Shown here in pieces: positions 49,795 to 59,690 of a DNA stretch of 64,000 nucleotides (the first letter of the stretch is position 1; each line of letters opens with the position of its first letter). Both the position numbers and the translations under genes were made by a program. Below the pieces are notes generated by a model. It made no database searches and was not told the origin of the DNA. It saw nothing but the letters and a program-made list of their open reading frames with translations. The stretch comes from an uncultured Candidatus Entotheonella sp. (GTDB lineage: Bacteria; Tectomicrobia; Entotheonellia; Entotheonellales; Entotheonellaceae): NCBI GenBank assembly GCA_965217185.1, contig OZ244252.1:1728001-1792000 (forward strand), in the 5' to 3' direction.

Positions 49795-49868
49795 GGGGTC
49801 GTAGTTCAGTTGGTCAGAACGCCGGCCTGTCACGCCGGAGGTCGCGAGTTCGAGTCTCGTCGGCCCCG
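49795..49868 (+). tRNA. tRNA-Asp (GTC)
   Basis: GGGGTCG/CGGCCCC acceptor, anticodon loop CTGTCAC, GTTCGAGTC T-arm, G discriminator; no encoded CCA. Confidence 0.95.
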
Positions 49869-49875
49869 TTGATCC

Positions 49876-49912
49876 ATAAAGGGATTGCACAATGTGCAAT
49901 CCCTTTATTTTT
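49876..49912. terminator. Hairpin terminator after the tRNAs (possibly bidirectional)
   Basis: ATAAAGGGATTGCAC-aat-GTGCAATCCCTTTAT followed by a T-run. Confidence 0.75.
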
Positions 49913-52730
49913 GCCCGGATACCAGTTCCGGCTCACCACACAGCGACAGAACCCGCTCACGGACGGCGACGCGCAACGCAGCAGCGGCAGCCAAATCATT
50001 TCCTGACGGCACGATCGGCTCGCCAATCAGAACCCGCAGGGCGCCGCGGCGCGGAAACCATTGATCGGAGCGGAGAACGGACCGGGTGCCCCGAATGCCC
50101 ACGGGGACGACCGGTACGTCTGCCTGCGCTGCGACCACAAAGGCACCCATGCGGAACGGCTGCAAACCCGGCATGCGCGTCAGAGTACCCTCTGGAAAAA
50201 AGACAACGGATCGACCCTGCCGCACCACTTGCAGCAAACGATCGGTATCCTCGACACCACGCTGAATGTCGAAACGCTCCACGAACTCGGCGCCGAGGCG
50301 CTTGAGCAGCACACGCGCAAAGAATTGACCGGCCAGTTCGCGTTTGACCACGTAGCACGCCTCGCCCGGAATGACCGACATGAGAACAAACCCGTCCAGA
50401 TAGCTGGCGTGATTGGCGACGATCACGAAAGGACCCGGCCCGTCGAGATGGTGAACGCCCTCTACCCGAAGAGGGAGGCCCAGGAGCCGTCGCATGAGGC
50501 CGGCTGCGAACCGCGCCAGGGTGTGGCGCCAGGATAAATTGGGTGTAACGATCAGCAGTTTCCAAACAACGAGCAGGCACAAACCGGCCAGGGTCCAAAA
50601 ATATCCGACATACAGAACGTTCCCCGCGCTCCGGGCGAAGCGGCGTAGCTGAGACAACAGGCCACCAATCGTGAGGCGCACCAGTTGCCACCAGACGGCG
50701 CGCGGCCGCCTGCCCAGCAAGCCCTGCTCGTAGCGCTCCCGACTGGCGCCACGGCGCAGCTTGCCGCTGGAGGTTTTGAGCACGCTGCCGGGCGGGGCCA
50801 ACACAACATCGTCTGGCGGCGTGCCCAACAAGTCGGTGACGATGCCGTTGATCTGGCTACGCAACGCCTCGAGTTTGGCGGGTGCCGTTTCGCGCGTTTC
50901 CGAGAGCACGATCAGCCGCTCGGTGCCGGTAGCGGTGTCCGTGCTGCCGAAGACGGCGCTGCAACCGCGCCGCAGGCCCGGCACCCCGTTCAGGGCTTCT
51001 TCGACTTCCTGCGGATAGATATTGCGCCCGGCGCGAATAATCATGTCTTTGGCGCGGCCCGTCAAATACACCATGCCTTCGGCAATATATGCCATGTCGC
51101 CGGAATCCAGCCAGTCCCCACTGAACAGGCCCTTGGTCGCTTCGGGGTTGCGATAGTAGCCCTGCGTGGTCGAGGGCCCGCGGAACTCCAGTCGGCCTTC
51201 TCGGCGCTCGCCTGCCTCGTATCCCATGGCATCGACAATGCGAATCTGATAGCCCGGCAGCGGCTGGCCGCTGGCAACGACGTGCAGCGCGGTGGAGTCG
51301 TCCGCATCCACGGGCACGGCTTGGCCGCTGCGCATGAGCGTCTCGCGGTTGATGTGATCCACTTGTGGCAGGCTGTCCGTCGGCGGAAAGGCCAGACCAA
51401 GCGAGACCTCAGCCAGACCGTACACCGGCTTCATGGCCTGCGGTCGGAAGCCGTACGCCGCAAAGCGCTCGCTGAAGCGGGTCATGGTGTGAGCACTGAC
51501 GGGTTCGGCGCCGTTAAAGGCGTAGCGCCAGGAACTCAGGTCCAGGCCCTCGAGGTCGGCTTTGGCAATGCGGCTGACGCACAATTCATATGCGAAGTTT
51601 GGACCTGCCGAGATGGTGCCACGGTGCCTGTGGATGGCCCACAGCCAGCGCGCCGGCCGCGCCAGAAACGTCAGAGGTGACATCAGGACCAACGGGCAGG
51701 CGAAGTACAGGCTGCCGAGCCAGGCGCCGATCAAGCCCATGTCGTGGTAGAGCGGCAGCCAGCTTACGAACACGTCCGTCGATTGGATGCCCACCACTTG
51801 CCCCATAACCCGGATATTGGCCAGTAGATTGTCGTGCGTGAGGATCACCCCCTTGGGGTTGCCGGTGCTGCCGGAGGTGTATTGCAAGAAGGCGATGTCA
51901 TGCGGGCGAGCGGGGTAACGGTTCAGGCTTTCGCCGCTGTGCGACAATGCCTCGACCGTGAGCACACTGTGCAGGCTGTGGATCTGCGCCCGCAGCAACC
52001 GCGCCAGCGATTGGGCTTCCGAAACCGTAATCAAGGCGACGATGCCGGCGTTGGCAAGAATGCGAATCTGGCGACGGAGGTGATCCTCGATCTGCGACAG
52101 GCGGGCGGGTGGATAGATGGGAACCGGAATGCCGCCGGCGAGCAGAATGCCGAAAAACGCCGCGAAGAATTCTCTGCCAGTCGGCAGCATCAACGCCACC
52201 GTTTGTTGGGGCTGCAGGCCGCGTGCCTGCAAACCGGCAGCGACCGCCTCGGCCCCACGCTGTAAGTCAGCATACGTGATCGCTTCGGCTTGGTCGCCGT
52301 CACCGATCAGCGTGATATGCGGCCGCTCGGAATGATGCTGGACGTGCCACGACAAAGCGTCAATCAGCGTGCCGGCCGCGTCTGGCGTCTCGCCGGTGGC
52401 TTGCGACTCGGGATATGGAACGGCTGCCACGGCCTCAGTCTGTTCAGTTGGACTGGCCCTGCGCAGGGCATGCAACAGATGACGCGGCACTTCGGCGTTG
52501 GCAACGTCCTGCTCCGGCAGATGCACGCCAAACGCCTGCTCTAAGCGGTGCAGAAGTTCCATGCGTTCCAGGCTGTCGAAGCCGAGGTCGCGGTCCAAAA
52601 GGCTGTCGAGGGTAACCGAGGCAGGGTTGGAGCGATGCGGATGTAATTCGGACATGAGTTGCCGAACGGTACCGAGCAACACCTCGGCGGGCTGCTGCGT
52701 AACGGGCGATTCCGGCAGACCGCTGGGCAT
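49905..52730 (-). CDS. ACP - fatty acyl-AMP ligase - PlsC acyltransferase fusion
   Basis: DLGFDSL (phosphopantetheine Ser), FLQYTSGSTGNPKG, SWLPLYHDMGLIG, KTSSGK, NHASYLD, FFPEGT. ATG overlaps the folD stop. Confidence 0.9.
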   Translation of the reverse strand: MPSGLPESPVTQQPAEVLLGTVRQLMSELHPHRSNPASVTLDSLLDRDLGFDSLERMELLHRLEQAFGVHLPEQDVANAEVPRHLLHALRRASPTEQTEAVAAVPYPESQATGETPDAAGTLIDALSWHVQHHSERPHITLIGDGDQAEAITYADLQRGAEAVAAGLQARGLQPQQTVALMLPTGREFFAAFFGILLAGGIPVPIYPPARLSQIEDHLRRQIRILANAGIVALITVSEAQSLARLLRAQIHSLHSVLTVEALSHSGESLNRYPARPHDIAFLQYTSGSTGNPKGVILTHDNLLANIRVMGQVVGIQSTDVFVSWLPLYHDMGLIGAWLGSLYFACPLVLMSPLTFLARPARWLWAIHRHRGTISAGPNFAYELCVSRIAKADLEGLDLSSWRYAFNGAEPVSAHTMTRFSERFAAYGFRPQAMKPVYGLAEVSLGLAFPPTDSLPQVDHINRETLMRSGQAVPVDADDSTALHVVASGQPLPGYQIRIVDAMGYEAGERREGRLEFRGPSTTQGYYRNPEATKGLFSGDWLDSGDMAYIAEGMVYLTGRAKDMIIRAGRNIYPQEVEEALNGVPGLRRGCSAVFGSTDTATGTERLIVLSETRETAPAKLEALRSQINGIVTDLLGTPPDDVVLAPPGSVLKTSSGKLRRGASRERYEQGLLGRRPRAVWWQLVRLTIGGLLSQLRRFARSAGNVLYVGYFWTLAGLCLLVVWKLLIVTPNLSWRHTLARFAAGLMRRLLGLPLRVEGVHHLDGPGPFVIVANHASYLDGFVLMSVIPGEACYVVKRELAGQFFARVLLKRLGAEFVERFDIQRGVEDTDRLLQVVRQGRSVVFFPEGTLTRMPGLQPFRMGAFVVAAQADVPVVPVGIRGTRSVLRSDQWFPRRGALRVLIGEPIVPSGNDLAAAAALRVAVRERVLSLCGEPELVSGQK

Positions 52731-53587
52731 TATGGCGTCCCCGCAGAAAGGGCAGCCTCCGCCGCGGTGAGGGTTTGCGCCATCAGCGTGGTGATGGTCA
52801 TCGGACCAACGCCGCCGGGAACGGGCGTATAGGCAGCGCACCGGTCGATCACGCTGACCAACTCGATATCCCCTATTCCGCCTTGGTGGTAGCCGGCATC
52901 CACAACCACGGCACCCTCCGCGATCCAATCGCCCTTGATGAATTGCGGCTTGCCGACCGCGCCAACCACGAGCTCCGCCTGCCGCATGATGTCGGGCAGG
53001 TGCGTCGTGCGCGAATGGCAAATGGTCACCGTGGCGTGGGCGTTCAACAGCATCATGGCCATCGGTTTTCCCAGGATGGGGCTGCGCCCAACCACGACCG
53101 CCCGCCTGCCCTCGATCCTGATATCGTAGTGCTCCAGAAGCCGCATAATTCCCGCCGGAGTCGCGGAACCGTACGCCCTCTCGCCCATCGCCATGCGGCC
53201 AAAGCCGTGGCATGTCACACCGTCGACATCCTTGTCCGGTCGAATGGCGTCGAAACAGCGTCGTTCGTCGATCTGCGACGGCACCGGGTGTTGGAGCAAA
53301 ATACCGTGGACGTCCGGGTCGGTATTCAAGCTGCCAATTGTGTCAAGGAGTTCCTCGGTGCTGGTCCCCTGCGGCAACTCGACGCGCCGGGACTGCATGC
53401 CAATTCGCCGGCAGGCGTTTCGCTTCATGCGAACGTACACGGCTGAAGCGGGGTCGTCACCCACGAGGATGGTTGCCAGCGTGGGCGCCTTGCCGCCAGT
53501 CTGCGGCAGGAACCCTTGCACCCGGTTGGCAAGCTGGGCTTCCATCTCCTTCGCAAGCCTTTTGCCATCCAGAACGATACCGGACAT
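52730..53587 (-). CDS. folD: Methylenetetrahydrofolate dehydrogenase/cyclohydrolase
   Basis: [34 protein letters not shown]. Confidence 0.95.
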   Translation of the reverse strand: MSGIVLDGKRLAKEMEAQLANRVQGFLPQTGGKAPTLATILVGDDPASAVYVRMKRNACRRIGMQSRRVELPQGTSTEELLDTIGSLNTDPDVHGILLQHPVPSQIDERRCFDAIRPDKDVDGVTCHGFGRMAMGERAYGSATPAGIMRLLEHYDIRIEGRRAVVVGRSPILGKPMAMMLLNAHATVTICHSRTTHLPDIMRQAELVVGAVGKPQFIKGDWIAEGAVVVDAGYHQGGIGDIELVSVIDRCAAYTPVPGGVGPMTITTLMAQTLTAAEAALSAGTP

Positions 53588-53718
53588 TCCCTTTCCTCTG
53601 CGCTATGCGTAAAAACGCTTCTTCCCGCCCTGCACGGTCCCTTCGTGCCCCTGGCAACAGAGCGATTATATCCATTGGCATTTTTCCGCCCAAGGCAACC
53701 ATTGACCAGACCACCGGA

Positions 53719-54345
53719 CTATGACGCAGTAGGAGGAAGGCCATCGTAACTTTCCCACAAGTACCACGTTGCGATGGTGCGATAGGGCGCCCACCTGCGG
53801 GCGTGGCGGTGCATGGTGGACACGGCAGGCATTTTCTTGTAGCCATAAACTCGCTGGATCGCCTTGCGGATACCGAGGTCGCCAACGGGAAATACGTCGA
53901 GGCGGCCCAGGAAAAAGATGAGAAACATTTCCGCCGTCCACACGCCGATGCCTCTGACTTGCGTCAGTTGCCGCGTCACTTCGTCGTCGCTTAACGTGGA
54001 AAGTACCGCGAGTTGAAGGCTCCCGTCGCTGGTCTTGTTCGCCAAATCCTTGAGCGAAGCCTGTTTTTGACGCGACAACCCCAGGCTGCGCAGCGTTTCG
54101 TGCGGGGTGGCAAGAATGTCTGCCGGCGTTAGAACGTCGGAGTCGAACAACGATTCCAGTCGCTCAGTGATGGTACTGGCCGCTCGACCGCTCAATTGCT
54201 GGGAAATAATCGCCCGGCACAGGGTGACAAACGGGTCGGTATCGCCTGGTTCCAGGGTGCACGGGCCACAACGCACCATCAAGTCTCCCAACACCGGATC
54301 GGCGGTGCGCAGATGGGCGATGGCGGTCTCGTAGAAAGCGTTCAT
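53719..54345 (-). CDS. alkA: DNA-3-methyladenine glycosylase II (HhH-GPD)
   Basis: IISQQLS, RGIGVWTAEM, FPVGDLG, WAPYRT. Confidence 0.9.
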   Translation of the reverse strand: MNAFYETAIAHLRTADPVLGDLMVRCGPCTLEPGDTDPFVTLCRAIISQQLSGRAASTITERLESLFDSDVLTPADILATPHETLRSLGLSRQKQASLKDLANKTSDGSLQLAVLSTLSDDEVTRQLTQVRGIGVWTAEMFLIFFLGRLDVFPVGDLGIRKAIQRVYGYKKMPAVSTMHRHARRWAPYRTIATWYLWESYDGLPPTAS

Positions 54346-54484
54346 GGCACGTTCTCGGTGGTTGTTTCGGAGTTCAGGACAACGCTATAATGCCGCCTCT
54401 TGCATGTGAAAACCAGTGGTTATCGGCCAGTGGCCAGCAAGACCAACCATGCTAATCACCGACCCCTTAATGAGGAGGTAAGAC

Positions 54485-55087
54485 GTGTTTGTCAAACGGT
54501 GTGCTTCGCTCGCCCTGGCCCTTGTTCTGACCATGGGTTTTGCGGGCAGCGTCTGGAGTGCGGATACGTACGTGGTGGACGGCGCCCATGCCTACGTCGG
54601 CTTTACCGTCAGCCATTTGGTCATCAACCGGGTCAGGGGCACGTTCAACGACTTCGCCGGCACGATCGTTTACGATGCGGACGACGTCACGAAGTCCTCG
54701 ATGAGCGGCACCATCAACGCCGCCAGCATCGATACGGCGCATCAGAAACGCGACAAGGATTTACGGAGCGACAGCTTCTTCGACGTGGATAAGTACCCAC
54801 AAATTACGTTCGAGACCACTCGCGTGGAAGCGGGCAGTGACTCCCCGATTCTGCACGGTGTCCTGACCATGCACGGCGTTTCCAAAGAGGTGGCGATCCC
54901 GTTTCGCGTTACCGGCATCGTCGAGTTTGCCGGGAAAATACGCCTAGGGTTCGAGGCGCGGCTAGAGCTGAATCGGCAGGACTATGGTCTTTCCTACTCC
55001 AGGCTGATGGATACCGGCGGGTTGGTCGTCGGCAACGAGGTGACTATCGAACTGACGGGGGAAGCGATCAAGACAACCAACAATTGA
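54485..55087 (+). CDS. YceI family periplasmic protein
   Basis: Signal peptide, H..VGF, SIDT...RD.DL, LNRQDYG; GAGGAGG RBS. Confidence 0.92.
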   Translation: MFVKRCASLALALVLTMGFAGSVWSADTYVVDGAHAYVGFTVSHLVINRVRGTFNDFAGTIVYDADDVTKSSMSGTINAASIDTAHQKRDKDLRSDSFFDVDKYPQITFETTRVEAGSDSPILHGVLTMHGVSKEVAIPFRVTGIVEFAGKIRLGFEARLELNRQDYGLSYSRLMDTGGLVVGNEVTIELTGEAIKTTNN

Positions 55088-55111
55088 TCAACCCAATCCC
55101 TGCAAGGCATG

Positions 55112-55149
55112 GCCGAGGTGAGTGAAGATGGTGCTCCCCTCGGCTTTTT
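55112..55149 (+). terminator. Putative terminator after yceI
   Basis: GCCGAGG...CCTCGGC followed by T5. Confidence 0.5.
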
Positions 55150-55580
55150 CATCCCCGCCGCCCCACCATGTAGGCATCGACGATTGCGTACACCCACCAC
55201 AAGGGCGCGATGACCGTGGCCAGAGATGATTGCAGAACCGCAATGGCCGCAACCCAGACGGCGGCCCCGCAAAGCAGGACAAGGCCCTTCACAAATTGTC
55301 CGTTGTAAAACTGTCCCAGTCCACATATGAGCGACAGCGCCGCCGCCAGCCAGGGTCGCCAGACGCCGTGGTGCGCCACAAAGGTCTGGGGGGCAACCTG
55401 GGTCACGTGGGTTGGCGCCCACTCAGCACCCATGAACGCCGTCGGGGGCGGCGCGGCGCCGAGGGCGGAAGACAGCGCCTGCACCACGCCGATGGGCAAC
55501 GCCTCCCCGCAATGCGGACAGGCGTCCGCCATGTCTGCCACGTGCTCGTGACAATGTGGGCAGTGAACATAAATGGCCAC
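55149..55580 (-). CDS. Zinc-ribbon plus TM2-like membrane protein
   Basis: CPHC..CPHC; LSLICGLGQFYNGQFVKG; TM helices. Confidence 0.75.
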   Translation of the reverse strand: MAIYVHCPHCHEHVADMADACPHCGEALPIGVVQALSSALGAAPPPTAFMGAEWAPTHVTQVAPQTFVAHHGVWRPWLAAALSLICGLGQFYNGQFVKGLVLLCGAAVWVAAIAVLQSSLATVIAPLWWVYAIVDAYMVGRRG

Positions 55581-55650
55581 GCCGGGTTTCTCCCGTCGTC
55601 TGAGGTAGGTGCCCTGCCCCGTCCGCTCGGACACGGCGTCGGGAAGGCTT

Positions 55651-56001
55651 TCAGTGATTTTTCAGGATGGTGTAGGCTTGTCGAATGGCTAACGTCTTGC
55701 GGTGTGCGAGTTGCTGAAACTCGTCACCCAAATGGCTGACACGGTCGGGATGATATTTGAGCAACTGGGCTTTGTAGGCCGCCTGAATCTCTTCCGACGA
55801 CGCACCGGGCTCCACTTCCAGCACCTCCCACGGATCCAGCGGTTTGGCCCTGCCCGTCTCGGCAGCTTCGTCGCGGTCGCCGGTGGCTTGCGAATACGCG
55901 CCGGTGAAGGACGATGCCATGTGGGCGCGCAAACGCCGCACCAGCCAGTAAGTGCCCATGAACATAAGGCTGTAGAGGGCAAAGCGTATCAGCCAAGGCA
56001 T
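55651..56001 (-). CDS. Membrane-anchored J-domain protein (DjlA-like C-terminus)
   Basis: N-terminal TM, DPWEVL, YHPD motif. Confidence 0.85.
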   Translation of the reverse strand: MPWLIRFALYSLMFMGTYWLVRRLRAHMASSFTGAYSQATGDRDEAAETGRAKPLDPWEVLEVEPGASSEEIQAAYKAQLLKYHPDRVSHLGDEFQQLAHRKTLAIRQAYTILKNH

Positions 56002-56041
56002 GCCGCTGTCCCCTCACCCGTTCGGCGGAATCGTCGGCGGC

Positions 56042-57211
56042 TCAAACCACCACCCCCTCGCCCTGCAAATCGGCAATTTCGGTCTCGCTGTAGCCCAACT
56101 CCATCAACACGTCATAGGTGTGCTCGCCCTGCTCCGGCGTCGGTGTGCGCACGCCGCCGGGCGTACGCGTCAGGGTGACTGGCGTTCCCAGAACCTCGAT
56201 CCCGCCCAGCTTGGGGTGCGACACGTTTTGGGCGATTTGCAGGTGCTGTACCTGCTGGTCAGCAAAAGTCTGGTCGATCGTGTACACCGGCCCACAGGGG
56301 ACGCCGGCGGCGTTGATCCGCTCCACCCATTCGGCAACGGTGCGATCCTTCAGACAGTCGGCGATGATGTCGTTGAGTTCATCCCGGTTCCGTTGCCGTT
56401 GCTGCGGGGAGTTGAAGCGTTCGTCGGTGTAGAGATCGTTACGATCGATCACCTTGCAGAAACGCTCATAAAGGCCCTGGCCTGCGGGGGCAATGTTCAG
56501 ATAGCCGTCCTTGGCCCGAAACGTGTTGGTAGGCACACCGGTTGGGTGGTTGTTGCCGGCCTGCGGCGGCACTTCCTTGCCGATGAGCCAGCGGGTAGCC
56601 TGGAAGTCGAGCATTTGCACCATCGCTTCCAGCAGCGAGGTGTGAATCCATTGCCCCTCGCCGGACTGCTCGCGCTCGTACAGAGCCGTGAGCACGCCCA
56701 TGGCCAGGAACATGCCGGCGGTGAGGTCGGCCACGGGAATGCCAACCCGCACCGGCCCGTTGCCCGGCAGGCCCGTCACGCTCATCAAGCCGCCCAGCCC
56801 TTGGGCGATCTGGTCAACGCCCGGACGGTTGGCGTAGGGCCCGGTCTGGCCGAAGCCAGAAATGCTCGCGTAGATCAGCCGGGGATTGAGCGGGCGGAGA
56901 GTCTCGTAGTCGATCCCCAAGCGGTGCTTGACGCCCGGACGGTAGTTCTCCACCAACACGTCGGCGTCCCGCACCATGCGCTTGAGAATGTTGACGCCGC
57001 TGGCGTGCTTGAGGTTCAGCGTGAGGCTTCGTTTGTTACGGTGCAGGTTCTGGAAGTCGAAATGGTGCCGCCCCAATCCGGCGTGCTGGGCAGGATTTTC
57101 GACCTTCACCACTTGGGCGCCCATGTCGGCGAGGTGCCGCACGCACGTTGGACCGGCACGCGCCCGGGTGAGATCGATAACTTTGATTTTGGACAGGGGA
57201 GGCAGATTCAT
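56042..57211 (-). CDS. CaiB/BaiF family III CoA-transferase
   Basis: AGP....LADMGA.V.KVE, RNKRS, ENYRPG, SISGFGQTGP, GEHT; AGGAG RBS. Confidence 0.92.
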   Translation of the reverse strand: MNLPPLSKIKVIDLTRARAGPTCVRHLADMGAQVVKVENPAQHAGLGRHHFDFQNLHRNKRSLTLNLKHASGVNILKRMVRDADVLVENYRPGVKHRLGIDYETLRPLNPRLIYASISGFGQTGPYANRPGVDQIAQGLGGLMSVTGLPGNGPVRVGIPVADLTAGMFLAMGVLTALYEREQSGEGQWIHTSLLEAMVQMLDFQATRWLIGKEVPPQAGNNHPTGVPTNTFRAKDGYLNIAPAGQGLYERFCKVIDRNDLYTDERFNSPQQRQRNRDELNDIIADCLKDRTVAEWVERINAAGVPCGPVYTIDQTFADQQVQHLQIAQNVSHPKLGGIEVLGTPVTLTRTPGGVRTPTPEQGEHTYDVLMELGYSETEIADLQGEGVVV

Positions 57212-57307
57212 ACGCGCGACTCCTTGGTTACGATTGCATGGTGGGGGAAATGGGAGGCGACGGCCGAACTCGCGTATCGTAAGACCCACCCTTCAAAAGT
57301 GTCAAGC

Positions 57308-57754
57308 TCAGCGCCCGGTGCTCCCAAAACCGCCCGCCCTCCGACGGGTGGGTTCGATCTCTTCGGGGCTAACACGACGCAGAGCGACCCGCGGCACAGG
57401 CAGAATCAGAAGCTGCGCCAAGCGCTCGCCAGCCTCCACGTACAGGGTCTGCCGCCGTCGATTCTCGACCAGCAGTTGCACAGAACCACGGTAATCGGCA
57501 TCAATGACCCCGGGATGGACCGACAAACCGCGCTGAAAAACCGAGCTGCGTCCGAAAATCTGGCCGTACCAGCCGTGCGGAATTTGCAGAGCGATCTCCA
57601 GGTCAATCCGGCGCGCCACGCCTGGCGGGAGCGCGTGTTCTTCGGGAATTGCCAGATCGAAGCCGGCGTCGGTAGCGTGCCCCTTCCGCGGCATCCGGGC
57701 GCGCGTCGTCAGACAGACCACGCGAAGCTCTACGGATGTGTCACACGTCGGCAT
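57308..57754 (-). CDS. dut: Trimeric dUTPase
   Basis: AGFDL, GRSS, GVIDADYRG, RLAQL, RRAGGFGSTG. Confidence 0.93.
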   Translation of the reverse strand: MPTCDTSVELRVVCLTTRARMPRKGHATDAGFDLAIPEEHALPPGVARRIDLEIALQIPHGWYGQIFGRSSVFQRGLSVHPGVIDADYRGSVQLLVENRRRQTLYVEAGERLAQLLILPVPRVALRRVSPEEIEPTRRRAGGFGSTGR

Positions 57755-57899
57755 GATCGGCCCCTGACAATCGTTTTGCGACACCGCCCGCTGGCCCGGA
57801 ACATCGAACATTGCCCCGGCAGTCAATTCCTGATACAAGACCGTGATGCAACGGGCAGATTGTCCCTGCCCGATCGAGCGATCCGCCCAGGAGTATGCT

Positions 57900-58454
57900 G
57901 TGTATCCCCAAACGGTTATCCTGCAAAACAACATGGAAGTCGAACTGTGGCCGATGACCCCGGACGACGCCCCGGCCCTCCTGGAGTTTTACCGCTCTCT
58001 GTCCCCGGAGGATCTGCTGTACCTGAGAGAGGACGTCACTTCCGCAGCGTCCATGCAGCGCTGGATTGAGGGTATCGAAAGCGAGCAGAGCTGGCACCTG
58101 CTGGCGGGGCATGAAGGGCGGATTATCGCCGACGGCGAGTTGGAGCGGCAGTTTTACGGCTGGTCACAGCACATCGGCGAATTGCGCATCGTCGTTGACC
58201 GGATGTTTCGCAACAGCGGTCTCAGCCGCCTCATCACCAACGAGGTTCTGGCGCAGGCCGTCGATGAGGGGCTGTACAAGGTCATGGTACAAATGACCGT
58301 GGGCCAGCGCTCCGCCACCGGCATGTTCGAGAAGGTCGGCTTTCGCCACGAGGCCGTCCTCAAGGGTCACGCCAAGGATCAGCACGGCGAACTGTGCGAC
58401 TTGGTCATCATGTCCTACTTCACCCGCGATTTCCTGACCCCAGCCCCGGAATAA
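57900..58454 (+). CDS. GNAT acetyltransferase
   Basis: VVDRMFRNSGLS, FEKVGF..E..L; AGGAG RBS before GTG. Confidence 0.8.
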   Translation: MYPQTVILQNNMEVELWPMTPDDAPALLEFYRSLSPEDLLYLREDVTSAASMQRWIEGIESEQSWHLLAGHEGRIIADGELERQFYGWSQHIGELRIVVDRMFRNSGLSRLITNEVLAQAVDEGLYKVMVQMTVGQRSATGMFEKVGFRHEAVLKGHAKDQHGELCDLVIMSYFTRDFLTPAPE

Positions 58455-58484
58455 TCTCTCCCCGCCGTCAGCCGTTCGGCACCG

Positions 58485-59681
58485 TCAAGTCGTGTACAGC
58501 GCGTTGATCCGCACGTATTCTTCCGTCAGATCGCAACCCCACGCCGTGGCTTGGCCGCTGCTCAACCCCAAGTCCACAACGATGCGCACCTCCGGCGCTT
58601 GCAGGTAGGTTTCCAACGCCCCTAAATCCACGTCCTGCGGCTCGCCCATGGCAAACACACACGTGTCGCCGAAAGCCATACGCAGAAGCTCCGGGCGAAT
58701 GTCCGCCTCTTCATGGCACTTGCCGATAGCCATTGCCAAGCGTCCCCAGTTCGGGTCGGCGCCGTGCACCGCGGTCTTGACCAACGGAGAGTTGACAATC
58801 GCCTTGGCGATGCGCTTGGCTTGGGCGTCGTCGCGCGCTGAGGTCACGGCAACTTCGATCAGCTTCGTGGCGCCCTCGCCGTCCCGCGCCACTTCCCTGG
58901 CCAAATGGATGCATACCTCGTCGAGCGCGGCCTGAAAGGCGTCGGGGTCAACCTCCCCTGCCAAGCCATTGGCCATGGCGATGACCGTGTCGCTGGTGCT
59001 GGTGTCGGTGTCCACGCTGATCATGTTGAAGGACTTGTGCACGGACTGTTGCAGCATCGGACGCAGCACCGCCGTCGGCAGAGCCGCGTCGGTGAACACA
59101 AAGGCGAGCATGGTCGCCATGTCCGGCTCGATCATCCCCGCGCCCTTGGCAATACCGGCGAGAACGGCGCCGCCCACCCGCCTGGCGATGCGCTTGGGCC
59201 GGGTGTCCGTGGTCATGATGGCTTCGGCCGCCAGGTCCAAGCCGTCCGGACACATTTCGTTGCGCAACTTCCCCACAATGGCTTGCTGGAACCGGTCCAT
59301 CGGCAGGTGATGGCCGATGACGCCCGTCGAGCTCGGAATGACGTCCTCGGGGCCAATGCCCAGTTCCTCGGCCACCCATCGGCAGGTTGCCCGGGCATCG
59401 CCCACCCCACGCTGGCCGGTAGCGACGTTGGCATTCTTGCTGTTGATGACCAATGTGTGCGCGTGGTCATCGGCCAGATGTTCGCGGCCGACGATGATCG
59501 GCGCACCACAAAACAGGCTTTGGGTGAACATGCCTACTGCGGCAGCCCGCGCCGTGGAGTGGATGACCGTGAAGTCCAGGGTCTCGTCCTTGATGCCGAT
59601 GTTCTTAGCGACGCTCAGGTAGCCCCGGGGCTGAAATGGCAACGGTGGCGCACTCGTCATTAACGTTCTCTCCTGACACAT
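58485..59681 (-). CDS. argJ: Ornithine acetyltransferase ArgJ (Oat2-like)
   Basis: NANVATG, STGVIG, MTTDT, KGAGMIEPDMATML, DGEGATK, DPNWGR, C-terminal YTT. Start may be 59660. Confidence 0.93.
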   Translation of the reverse strand: MCQERTLMTSAPPLPFQPRGYLSVAKNIGIKDETLDFTVIHSTARAAAVGMFTQSLFCGAPIIVGREHLADDHAHTLVINSKNANVATGQRGVGDARATCRWVAEELGIGPEDVIPSSTGVIGHHLPMDRFQQAIVGKLRNEMCPDGLDLAAEAIMTTDTRPKRIARRVGGAVLAGIAKGAGMIEPDMATMLAFVFTDAALPTAVLRPMLQQSVHKSFNMISVDTDTSTSDTVIAMANGLAGEVDPDAFQAALDEVCIHLAREVARDGEGATKLIEVAVTSARDDAQAKRIAKAIVNSPLVKTAVHGADPNWGRLAMAIGKCHEEADIRPELLRMAFGDTCVFAMGEPQDVDLGALETYLQAPEVRIVVDLGLSSGQATAWGCDLTEEYVRINALYTT

Positions 59682-59690
59682 GTCCTCGGA

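Noticed and set aside
52731..53213. N-terminal 161 aa of the 1102-aa ORF
   Set aside because: Overlaps folD in another frame; the ATG at 52730 coupled to the folD stop is the better start.
53588..53718. ZTP or THF riboswitch upstream of folD
   Set aside because: Consensus elements not found; only a promoter-like TTGGGC-N17-TATAAT.
56000..58069. 689-aa plus-strand ORF and similar long shadow ORFs (6884-7828, 8122-9267, 30561-31766, 32449-33483)
   Set aside because: Antisense or alternate frames of well-supported genes, expected in GC-rich DNA; no motifs.
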